This document shows, in pieces, positions 8,656 to 17,700 of a stretch of DNA of 41,333 nucleotides. The notes under the pieces are model-generated. The model was not told the origin of the DNA and searched no databases. It worked only from the letters and a program-made list of their open reading frames with translations. The position numbers and the translations under genes were made by a program. The stretch is taken from IMG/VR virus record IMGVR_UViG_3300003322_000573, positions 1-41,333 of that record. The stretch is one strand, 5' to 3'. The stretch is from a virus. Every line of letters begins with the position of its first letter. The stretch's first letter is position 1.

Positions 8656-9125
8656 CAAAGCGAAGAAAGTAAGTCACTTGACCAGAGAGAGCATAACAAC
8701 GACGCCTCTGCCAAGCGCGTTATAAACAGGGTATTTAACAGCGACACCGGGCAATGGGAGAACCAGCCTATAGGCGCCGGAAGACTTGTTTACGAACAGT
8801 TCGATTATGTAAGCCGCACCCTTACGAACTCGACTACTGAGACGTACACTTACAAGCTGGGAGGTTCTGGCGGTACAACGGTAGCAACCGTGGCAGTAGT
8901 GTATACCGATGCGACATTATCAACCATAAGCACGGTAACAAAATCGTAACGCTTAAGTTCAATCCATTGACGAGTGAATTTGACTTGGTGGGGTCTCCTT
9001 CTGCCGTGTACAACGTAAAAGACTACGGAGCTGTTGGTGACGTAATCATTAAATTTACGGTGAGTGCCGGGACATATAATTCTACCGTAAGGACGTTCTA
9101 CCACGCTGAGAGTTCGGCCACGTAA
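8656..9125 (+). pseudogene. Protein-like reading frames without start codons (segments B and C): a disrupted or recoded virion gene
   Basis: B (8656-8949, same frame as 8530) reads ...NSDTGQWENQPIGAGRLVYEQFDYVSRTLTNSTTETYTYKLGGSGGTTVATVAVVYTDATLSTISTVTKS*. C (-1 frame, to TAA 9123-25) reads IVTLKFNPLTSEFDLVGSPSAVYNVKDYGAVGDVIIKFTVSAGTYNSTVRTFYHAESSAT*. Neither has an in-frame ATG, GTG or TTG near its 5' end. Confidence 0.35.
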
Positions 9126-9133
9126 AGCGTATC

Positions 9134-9168
9134 CCGCTTATTGAGAAGGTAGCGCTTTACCCTATGCT
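9134..9168 (+). promoter_or_regulatory. Motif promoter P3: CCGCTTATTGAGA-16 nt-TATGCT
   Basis: -35 at 9141-46 and -10 at 9163-68. The ATG at 9175 lies exactly 6 nt after the -10 with no SD. Confidence 0.6.
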
Positions 9169-9174
9169 GATGGC

Positions 9175-9864
9175 ATGAGCGCAGCGTCTACGTACAGGGA
9201 AATACAGGACAGGGTTCTTGACCAGCTTTCTAAGAACGATGCCACGACACGCAACCGAGTAAAGAACTGGATAAACTTAGGCCAGAACGATTTTGTGCTG
9301 CGAGAATTGTGGCCGTTCAGAGAAGAGACTGGAACACTGACGACAACCCAAGGAACACAAGAGACTGACTTATCCAGTACGTTCAGCGACCTTGACGAGC
9401 AAAACATTATTTCGGTCGCTCTGCAGGGCGAAAACCAGCGAAAACTCGTATACTGGCCATTTAACCAGCTACGTGCTAACAAACCAGACTTTGACTACGA
9501 CGCGCAAGGGGTGCCTGAGAGGTACTACATTAAGGGCGGCAACATTGGCTTTTGGCCTGTCCCGGCCGGTACATATACGGTGCTTATTGATTACTACAAG
9601 GTTGCGACCGAGTTAAGCAATGATTCGGATGTGTCTATTATTCCGGCAGGCTACCGCGAAGCATTGATGCACTACGCGCTTTCAATGGAGCACGATTACA
9701 ATACAGACCCGGATTTGGCGCAAAAAGCCATGAACCGTTACGAGGACATTGTAACGCTTGCCAGGCAGAACTTGCTTTCCCAGCCAAACGATACGGGTAA
9801 CTTTAGGATTATGGGGCCAGCAGATAGCCGAAACTGGACTGGCCTATACGGCGAAACGAGGTAG
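9175..9864 (+). CDS. Virion protein at the head-tail adaptor / tail tubular A position (229 aa)
   Basis: ORF track. Size and position upstream of a ~750-aa protein match the T7 gp11/gp12 arrangement. No diagnostic motif recognised. Confidence 0.55.
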   Translation: MSAASTYREIQDRVLDQLSKNDATTRNRVKNWINLGQNDFVLRELWPFREETGTLTTTQGTQETDLSSTFSDLDEQNIISVALQGENQRKLVYWPFNQLRANKPDFDYDAQGVPERYYIKGGNIGFWPVPAGTYTVLIDYYKVATELSNDSDVSIIPAGYREALMHYALSMEHDYNTDPDLAQKAMNRYEDIVTLARQNLLSQPNDTGNFRIMGPADSRNWTGLYGETR

Positions 9865-9866
9865 AA

Positions 9867-12137
9867 ATGCCGACAAACTTACGCCGAGACATCCGCTTCC
9901 AGCAAAAGCAAGAAGAACGGCTTGACGAGTTTAGTTTCGTGGGCGGTCTTTTTACTGATGCCCACGAAACTAAACTGCAGTCTAACCAGTCACCTAATTT
10001 GCAGAACGTTATGTTTAACGAAACGGGTTCCATTAAGACCCGTAACGGGTACACGAGGTACAACGGCAACCCTATTGGCATAACATCAGACCAAAGTAAC
10101 ACGGGAGCTTCGGCTGGAACCTTGGCCATTAGCACGATTAATAGCTACGTCGCCCAGACATTTATCCCTTCTACCACGATAAACGTGGTACAGGGTGACA
10201 TTTACTTGGCCATGAACACGTCGGGGCAGGAGCAAAAGGTAAGAGTTGAATTGTGGGCAACGAGTACGGGCCCGACTTCTATACTAACAACCCTTGCAAA
10301 ATCGCAGATACTTAATATCTCTGGAACGTCGGAAACGGCATATAGCTTTCGCTTTAGGACGCCTATTGCATTGTCTGCCTCTACGACGTATGCACTTGTC
10401 GTAAAGCCGTACCGCGTAAGCTCTAACGCCAGCATTAACCAGGTAAAAGTACATAGGACAGGAAGCGCTTATGCGAACGGACAAGTATATACGTCGTCTG
10501 ACGGCGGGGTGTCTTGGACGGGCGCGTCTTCACAGGATATGAAGTTTGTTATTTACCGGGCCGGAGACACCGGAAGCACGGGATTGCTTAGGTTTTACGG
10601 TACCGGCGGTATTCAGCAACTGTTGGCGAAGTTTGGAAATACGCTTTACCGTGGAAATGACGGAACGGGGGCGATGACCTCAATTAGCCTTGGAAATGGA
10701 AGCACGCTTAATGCATCGAACTTCATTGACTGGACGGTTTCTAACGGGACGTTACTGCTCGTGGATAAATCGAGCCGCATACAGAAGTATAGAGGCTCTA
10801 CGAATTCTAACTATACGACAGGCACAATATCGGTAACGAACGGCTCTAGCACTGTAACAGGCTCTGGGACGTCGTGGGCTACCTCTACGAACGCTGAGGC
10901 TGGTGAGTACATAAAGCTTCCTGATGGCAAGTGGTACAAAATTAGTAGCATATCTTCGAACACCTCGTTAGTAGTTGAGGTGAGTTATCAGGGATCCACC
11001 TCGTCTGGGCAGTCATACACGATTTCACCATGGGGAGAGGTACAGGGGAAACTTGGAAGCTCGACAGCGCCAGCTTCACTCGTACGCCCTACGCCAAGCT
11101 TTATCGCGAACCACATAAACCGCATTTGGACACTTGAAGGCAATACGCTTCGGTTCTCCGCATTGGATACATCCATTACGGAAGAGCATTTTAACGATTG
11201 GGATACGGCAAATAATGCGGGGACTATAATTATACCCTCTGGCGATGGGGATACTGGTACGGGACTGTATTCATTAGGAAACGCATTGTACGTGCTGCAA
11301 AAACACTCTATTTGGGGAGTATATGGTAATTCGCCCGCTAACTTTGAGCTACGCAACATAACCCATGAGGTAGGAATGATAGACAAGCGGACGCTCGTAG
11401 AGTGGAATAATATTCTCGTGTTTCTATCGGACAAAGGGATACAGTTTTTTGACGGTACGAACCTAAGAAACGTTTCCGACGGGGTAGTGAACAAACTCAT
11501 AGACAGCTGGGCTAACAAGACGTCTGCCGTCGCAACGCTTTGGAACAACTCGTATGTGATTGCCTATACGCCTTCCGGGGGTACATATAACTCAGAGCTG
11601 CTTATACTTGACCTTACGCGAAACGTGTATACGAAAGCCGTAGGCGTATATGCCTCTGCATTTAGCGCGTGGAATGGCGGAACTGACTCTAGTCAGGTTT
11701 ACTTTGCCTCTTCGAACCAAGGTTCGGTGTACAGGTGGGATAGTGGGACAAGCGACGATAAGTACGAAATACATACCCTGTACGATACGCCATCGCTTGG
11801 CTTTAGCGGTAACGTGAACGATAAGACGATAAAGAAGTTTTACCTACAACAGCTTGCCAAAGATGACTACGACATGAACGTGACGATGTTTGCAGACATA
11901 ACAGGCACAGAGATTACATCGCAAGTTAATTTATCTGGCGGCTCGACTGCGTTATGGGATGTTATGCAGTGGGACGTCGACAGCTGGAGTTCGGAAGGGG
12001 ATATTATTACGAGCCGTATTGCTGAGTTTCAGGGTATCGCCAAATTCTTGAAATTTAGGATTGAAGAAGAGGGGCTTGATACGGGTATAGAAGCGTTGGG
12101 TATTACGGTAACTGAAAGAGTAAGGAGACTAGCGTAG
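9867..12137 (+). CDS. Large tail protein at the nozzle / tail tubular B position (756 aa)
   Basis: ORF track. S/T/G/N-rich beta-type sequence. The call rests on synteny only. Confidence 0.55.
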   Translation: MPTNLRRDIRFQQKQEERLDEFSFVGGLFTDAHETKLQSNQSPNLQNVMFNETGSIKTRNGYTRYNGNPIGITSDQSNTGASAGTLAISTINSYVAQTFIPSTTINVVQGDIYLAMNTSGQEQKVRVELWATSTGPTSILTTLAKSQILNISGTSETAYSFRFRTPIALSASTTYALVVKPYRVSSNASINQVKVHRTGSAYANGQVYTSSDGGVSWTGASSQDMKFVIYRAGDTGSTGLLRFYGTGGIQQLLAKFGNTLYRGNDGTGAMTSISLGNGSTLNASNFIDWTVSNGTLLLVDKSSRIQKYRGSTNSNYTTGTISVTNGSSTVTGSGTSWATSTNAEAGEYIKLPDGKWYKISSISSNTSLVVEVSYQGSTSSGQSYTISPWGEVQGKLGSSTAPASLVRPTPSFIANHINRIWTLEGNTLRFSALDTSITEEHFNDWDTANNAGTIIIPSGDGDTGTGLYSLGNALYVLQKHSIWGVYGNSPANFELRNITHEVGMIDKRTLVEWNNILVFLSDKGIQFFDGTNLRNVSDGVVNKLIDSWANKTSAVATLWNNSYVIAYTPSGGTYNSELLILDLTRNVYTKAVGVYASAFSAWNGGTDSSQVYFASSNQGSVYRWDSGTSDDKYEIHTLYDTPSLGFSGNVNDKTIKKFYLQQLAKDDYDMNVTMFADITGTEITSQVNLSGGSTALWDVMQWDVDSWSSEGDIITSRIAEFQGIAKFLKFRIEEEGLDTGIEALGITVTERVRRLA

Positions 12138-12385
12138 TGCCGGTACTGCCTGATATTACGACTGGGGCGTTGCAGGGGGATGACCCAAAGAGGCAAATTG
12201 AAAGCCTCGTATCCCAGGTAAATGAGTGGGGAAGAAGGATATCGAACGAGAGCAAGACGCTTGTTATTAAGGGCGATCAAAGCACCGAGGCGATTATTAT
12301 TGGCCAGCAAGAAGACGGAAGCATTGGGATACTTATGAACGATGGCGATAATGATAGGTTTTTCCTTGGTAACGAGGTAAATTGA
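12137..12385 (+). CDS. Hypothetical virion-module protein (82 aa, GTG start)
   Basis: ORF track. The GTG overlaps the upstream TAG. Confidence 0.6.
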   Translation: MPVLPDITTGALQGDDPKRQIESLVSQVNEWGRRISNESKTLVIKGDQSTEAIIIGQQEDGSIGILMNDGDNDRFFLGNEVN

Positions 12386-13155
12386 TGGCATACACAGTAA
12401 AAGGAACGCCAAAAGGCTATAACGTTAAGACGGCGGCAGATTACTTACTGTCTTTCAATTCATCGTGGCCTTTACTGAAGATACATGAGACGGGTAACTT
12501 TGGGGGAACGGTGTCGCATAACCTTGGGTATCCACCATTTCACCTTTTGGCCCGGCCTGCTTCTGGAATTGGTACATCCGATGGGAGGGTTGACCAGGAA
12601 GCGTCGAATTACGGAGTAAACTCGACAACTCTTGCCCGTTCGTCGGGCTCGGGGAGCCCACGGTACTTTATATTCAGGCTTGACCTGACCTCAAACTTTA
12701 CCGCTCCCAACATAGCCTCATCTACGGCCTCTACGACGAGTACGAACGATTACGTATTTAAGATGACCAAGCCAGGCAAAGACGTTAGCTCGAGTGATAT
12801 GCGTGATTTTGCTTTGCATTCGGGAACAAAAGCACCGATGGTACACGCTGTAAACTATGGTCCAACAGCCGCAGGACCAAATTCAAGCTGGGAGAGGCTA
12901 GTGAGCCACGACCTTGGTTACACACCGCTTGCATTTTGCTTCGTAAAACCTGGCGCTAACACACTTGGGTTAAGTACGGACAGATTTTATATCGTACATC
13001 CTCCCGTGGGCGTCACTAGCTTTCTATATACCGTAGATTCAACCAGTGTTTACTTTAATGCGTATAACGCCGATTTTATAGACCCGCCAAATGTATCGAT
13101 AGTTATTTTAAAAGATCCATTTACAAAAGAAGTGGTAAACGTGAGTTATCCATGA
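12382..13155 (+). CDS. Virion protein, paralogue 1 (257 aa)
   Basis: Its N-terminus MAYTVKGTPKGYNVKTAADYLLSFNSSWPLLK parallels that of the next ORF. Confidence 0.65.
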   Translation: MMAYTVKGTPKGYNVKTAADYLLSFNSSWPLLKIHETGNFGGTVSHNLGYPPFHLLARPASGIGTSDGRVDQEASNYGVNSTTLARSSGSGSPRYFIFRLDLTSNFTAPNIASSTASTTSTNDYVFKMTKPGKDVSSSDMRDFALHSGTKAPMVHAVNYGPTAAGPNSSWERLVSHDLGYTPLAFCFVKPGANTLGLSTDRFYIVHPPVGVTSFLYTVDSTSVYFNAYNADFIDPPNVSIVILKDPFTKEVVNVSYP

Positions 13156-13586
13156 CATATGTAGCAAAATTATCATTACCAGGCTATGACGTGAAAACAG
13201 CAGCACCGGAACAGTGTGCCATACATTCGTCGTACCCACCGCTAAAATCGAAACTAGGGCAACCTTCCCCGCACTCGGCTACCGTCGTAGTAGACTTTAC
13301 CTCTGGTATTACGCAAAACTCTACGCTAACAGTATATTCAATTAGCCACGGCTACGGATATATACCGTTTAACTTATCTAATATAGTTCTGTCTGGCATA
13401 GATAGCTTTTCAACGTCATACACAATAACTGGTATAGGTTTTGCTGGCGTCGGTGCGACTTTAGCTATAGATGCGTACTGTACCTCTACAAACTTCATTG
13501 TCACAGTTTACGATAATGCCAACTGGATTAATAATACAGCTACACTTCAGGTTTCGTACGATATATATGCTGAAAGTGGCACCTAA
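13152..13586 (+). CDS. Virion protein, paralogue 2 (144 aa)
   Basis: N-terminus MTYVAKLSLPGYDVKTAAPEQCAIHSSYPPLK. ATGA overlap with the upstream gene. Confidence 0.65.
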   Translation: MTYVAKLSLPGYDVKTAAPEQCAIHSSYPPLKSKLGQPSPHSATVVVDFTSGITQNSTLTVYSISHGYGYIPFNLSNIVLSGIDSFSTSYTITGIGFAGVGATLAIDAYCTSTNFIVTVYDNANWINNTATLQVSYDIYAESGT

Positions 13587-13963
13587 CTGCCATATTTTTC
13601 CTGGCATGCTTGTTGATCGCTCTGTAGCTTTGACTCAGCTGTCTTTAGTACGTCTGGCGTTTTTGGAGTAATAGTGGTTATACTACCTTTTGTTTCGGTT
13701 ATGGAGTTACTTTTTAGGTAATTTGAATAGTTATCTGACGCCCGGCTACTGCACAGAGACAGTAAGTCTTTTTTGTCTATAACTTTAAATGCCTCGAGCT
13801 GCGTAGATAGGTCTTTTCGCTCTTTTTCTAGCTGTGATGAGTAGGACTTCTCGCTTCTTAATTCGTTCTCTAGTGAGGCTGCACGACCGAAATTATAGTA
13901 AGACAATAGCCCAAGCCCTAATATGAGCCCGATTAGGATCATATATAAAGCTGAGTGTTTCAT
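13583..13963 (-). CDS. Reverse-strand membrane-anchored coiled-coil protein (126 aa); moron candidate
   Basis: N-terminal TM segment ALYMILIGLILGLGLLSYY followed by a helical region. Has its own consensus promoter. Sits antisense inside the virion operon. Confidence 0.7.
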   Translation of the reverse strand: MKHSALYMILIGLILGLGLLSYYNFGRAASLENELRSEKSYSSQLEKERKDLSTQLEAFKVIDKKDLLSLCSSRASDNYSNYLKSNSITETKGSITTITPKTPDVLKTAESKLQSDQQACQEKYGS

Positions 13964-13969
13964 GTGGGG

Positions 13970-13998
13970 ATTTTAACAAAACGAATACAACATGTCAA
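13970..13998 (-). promoter_or_regulatory. Consensus sigma-70-type promoter: TTGACA-17 nt-TAAAAT
   Basis: -35 at 13998-13993 and -10 at 13975-13970. The ATG (13963) lies 6 nt after the -10, which predicts a leaderless mRNA. Confidence 0.7.
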
Positions 13999-14033
13999 GC
14001 CGCTTATTACACCATGCTTTTGACACGTAATCC

Positions 14034-14067
14034 CGCTTATTGAGAACACCCATTTTGTTGTTATGGT
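14034..14067 (+). promoter_or_regulatory. Motif promoter P4: CGCTTATTGAGA-16 nt-TATGGT
   Basis: -35 at 14040-45 and -10 at 14062-67. Here a 25-nt leader with AAGAGGAG precedes the ATG at 14093. Confidence 0.55.
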
Positions 14068-14092
14068 TCTAGTAAGAGGAGTCTAACCTGAG

Positions 14093-14758
14093 ATGGCTAC
14101 CCGGTTCCAAGAAGAAGCAGCAGCACAACTTAATCCATATTTTGACCAGCAGCAACAGGCCGTTCAACAGCAACTGCCTGCTATTCAGCAACTTTACGAT
14201 ACATTGCTTTCGGGGCTGGAAGGGCAACGGCAAACAGAGACACAGAATATTCTTGAGTCGGCATCACAACGAGGGGTGTTACGCTCGAGTATGCCGGTTG
14301 ACCTGCAAACGCAGCTAGGGGCAGCTTTGCTGGCGCAGCGTGGACAGCTTGAATCGCAGCGGGCGGGAGATGTCGCGAATGTAAATAAGAGCCTTGCTGA
14401 TATTGGTTTACAGAGGTCGCAATCTATTTCAAGCCTTGCGGACGCTTTGCAGGCTCGTGACCTACAAGAACGGCAATTCCAACTACAGCAGCAACAGGCT
14501 GAACGTGAATACCAACTTAGCGTGCAAAAAATGCAACAGGAGGCAGCCGCCAGGGCGTCCAGCAATGCCTCTAGTAAGCCATCTGCCACACAGGCCGTGC
14601 TTCAGTACCTTTCTTCTGGATACGACCAAGGACGTAAGAAAACGGCTAAGGGTGCAGCTGAAGCGCTTATTCCGCTCATTGCCGGTGAGTACGGCATGTC
14701 TAAACAAGATGCATCGAGCTTGGTTTACACACTTAGGAAGCAATACTTTAACGAATAG
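14093..14758 (+). CDS. Q-rich coiled-coil protein, internal-virion-protein position (221 aa)
   Basis: ORF track. The Q/A/L-rich low-complexity sequence explains the long spurious ORFs in the other frames. Confidence 0.6.
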   Translation: MATRFQEEAAAQLNPYFDQQQQAVQQQLPAIQQLYDTLLSGLEGQRQTETQNILESASQRGVLRSSMPVDLQTQLGAALLAQRGQLESQRAGDVANVNKSLADIGLQRSQSISSLADALQARDLQERQFQLQQQQAEREYQLSVQKMQQEAAARASSNASSKPSATQAVLQYLSSGYDQGRKKTAKGAAEALIPLIAGEYGMSKQDASSLVYTLRKQYFNE

Positions 14759-14766
14759 GAGACGAT

Positions 14767-17700
14767 ATGGCATTCGATTGGTCGGCAGCTGGAAGATCAT
14801 TTGCCAAGTCTTCTGGCAATTCTTCGTCCGATAGCTCTGGAGACGGCTATTCGGGTGGTTCGAAATGGGAAAAGCTTGGTGCGTCGTACGCCAAATCCTC
14901 AGCTGGTTATGAGGAAGAAAAGAAAAAACGTGACCAGGAAGAGAAGCTTAAAAGGCAAAAGGCGGACGCGGTAAAACAGAGCCAGCAAAATGCGAATGAC
15001 ATACTTGGTAACATTGGAAAGTTCGTTGGTGGTGTTGCCGAGGGAATCGCTGCGCCGTTCAAGAGAGTAGGAGAAGGTACTGCCGAGGTAATTAACGAAC
15101 TTACTGGTGGCGCCCAGCGGGAAAGGGACGTACAAGCGGCTGCTCAGCAACAGACAGTTGACCTTATAAAGTCACTTGGGCAGAAAATGCGTTCTGCTAA
15201 AACTGACGAGGAAAAAAACCGCTATCGGGAAGCTATTAAGAGAATATCGAAGATAGACGACGAGCAGTATAAGCGCTTCCAGGAACGGCAAAGCCAGATT
15301 GTAGAGCGTACCGACCCAATAAAGGGAGCAGCTGCTGTTGGTGAACTCGGCCTGAACGTTTTGACCGGCGGAACGGTTGGTGCGGTTGCCAGGGGAGCTG
15401 GTACGCTAGCAAAAACGACTAACGTGGCACAGAAACTGCTTACGCCTACCGGTGTGAAGCAAGGAATTGTCTCTGGTGCTATTCAGGGCGCTTCGTACGG
15501 AGCGCTAGGAACCGCAGAACAGCAGGGCGGGAAGGCAACCGTAGGAGACTATGCAAAAAATGTTGCAGCAGGAGCGGCGCTTGGAGGCGTTGCTGGCGGC
15601 GTTGTACCGGCGCTTGGCAAAGGATTGCCGACAATTACTTCGACCAAACTTGGGCAGAAGGCTGCCGAAACGAAGGTTGGCCAAAAGATAACCAACCTAA
15701 AGGACAACTTCGTTGCCAAGGTAGTTGATGACACAAATATGATTAAAAAGCAGTTCAAAGGAGCTGTGAATCCCTCTACCGGACAAAAAATTACAGACGA
15801 GATTGAGGGGCTTGTCACCAATGTCCGTCAATTTGCTGCTTTATCACAGAGTCGTCTAGAGAACAACCAGGCTTTCCAGTCATTAAAACCTTTGATTAGT
15901 GGTGACAAAAAGAGGTATGAAGATTTTGGAAGATTTATTAACGAAAAGCAGCAAGCTATTAACCTGCAGAAAGTAGGTAGAGGAGAAGGCGTCACAGTTC
16001 CCACTGGCACACCCGAGCAGGAGAAAGCCTACCAGTTGCTCAACCAAGCGACTAAAGACGATATTCAGTATTTGTTCGATAACGGTAAGATTACCCAGGA
16101 ACAATATGATAAGTGGATAAACGACCCTGATTATACCCGTGTTCAGAAAGAAGTTCTCGATGATCAGGGGAGACAATACGGAAAGTCCGGTCTGGTATCT
16201 GGTTCCTCTGTCACACAACAAAAACTCAAAGGTTCTAATAAAAAGTCTGTCGATCCTTTTGCTGCATATGAAGATTGGTCGCGTCAAGTAACGTTAGAGG
16301 TTGAGAAAAATACACTTGCTAAGTATCTTAGAGACCAAATGCTTGAAAGGGGCATTACCAAACCAATTAGGGTTGCAGATAAAGTTATTGAACGAACACA
16401 CCTATACGGAGAGGCAGCCCAATTGAGGCCGCTTCGCAATAGACTGGCACGTCTGGTTAAAACGCAGGGCAAGTACGTGAATACTATCGAACGAGAGCTT
16501 AACGCGCTCAATGAAGAAGGGTTAAACTTGGCTCTTTCTAAACAAGCTCCAGCAGCCTTAGAGCAACCCACAAAAGTATTGACGGTGAAGAAGGTCGCGC
16601 CCCTCATAAAGGATAAGGCTCCAAAAGTTCTGGATGACATCAAGACAAGCAATAATGTAAAGGCAAAGCTTGTGAAAGAATATGGTTCAGGAGTCGATGG
16701 CGTTAAGAATATGGCACTGGACATCCACTACGGTGGCTACTCAAAGCTGCAGAAACTTACAGGTATAACTAAGGCGTCTGCACGATCGATCGCTGAACAA
16801 ATTCTCAAGAAGCCAACGACCAGAGCAGGAAAAACAATTTTGAGCGAGAATACTGTCGGTAGAAGGCCAACTGTGCAGCAGGCTGTAGATCGACTGCTGA
16901 ACTCCGACCCAGCTCAGCTTAAGGTAGTAAGAAAAAAGATAGCGAATCGGGAGCCAAAGTTAGCACAAGCAATTGACGAGATCAACGCGATAAAAGACGA
17001 GTATGACACGGTCCGTACTGAAGTATCAAACCTAGTGAAAAGAGCTCGTCAACTTTCAGACATAGATCCCCGTGGCGAAAATACACTCAAGGTCTTTGAA
17101 AACGGGGTACGTGAACTATATACAATTGATCCGGCCGCAGCCAAGCAGCTATCTGGTGTCGCAGATCTTGAGTTAAAAGCTATAGCCGACTGGGCGTTGC
17201 TGCCTAGCCGTATTTTACGGGGCGGAGCAACGTCGTTAAACCCAGCCTTCGCTATACCTAACTTTATAAAAGACCAGGTATCGAGTGCGGTACTGTCTAA
17301 AAACGCGTTAGCAACACACAACCCTATAAGTTTTATTGCCGGGATAAAAGAAGCCATTGCGAAGCCTACGTTAAAAGCGACCGTGGGGCGTATTCCTGGT
17401 GCTAAAGAAGTAGCAGGAAAGCTCTGGGAACCATCCGAAACGTATAAACTGTGGGCGAGTAGAAACGCTAATATTACACGAGCTGATTTATCCCGTAATT
17501 TGAAACAAGCAACCCGGCAATCGCTAGAGGACTTAGGCGTTAAGAACGAGAGCTTTTTAAGAAAGTATGAAAATGTCATATCCGCCAGCGAGAAAGCGAC
17601 ACGCTATCAAAATTTCTTAGGAACGTACAAAAATGCTCTTAAAAAGGGCAAGAGCCCAGAAGTAGCGATCGATATGGCGAACCAGGCAGCCAGGGAAAAC

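Noticed and set aside
10988-11548. A 186-aa minus-strand ORF, and similar long antisense ORFs at 14194-14589, 14483-14800, 16284-16724 and 17049-17579, plus + strand 14394-14834
   Set aside because: All lie inside long, well-supported + strand virion genes, several of them low-complexity Q/A/S-rich sequences that keep alternative frames open. None has an RBS or a gap to occupy.
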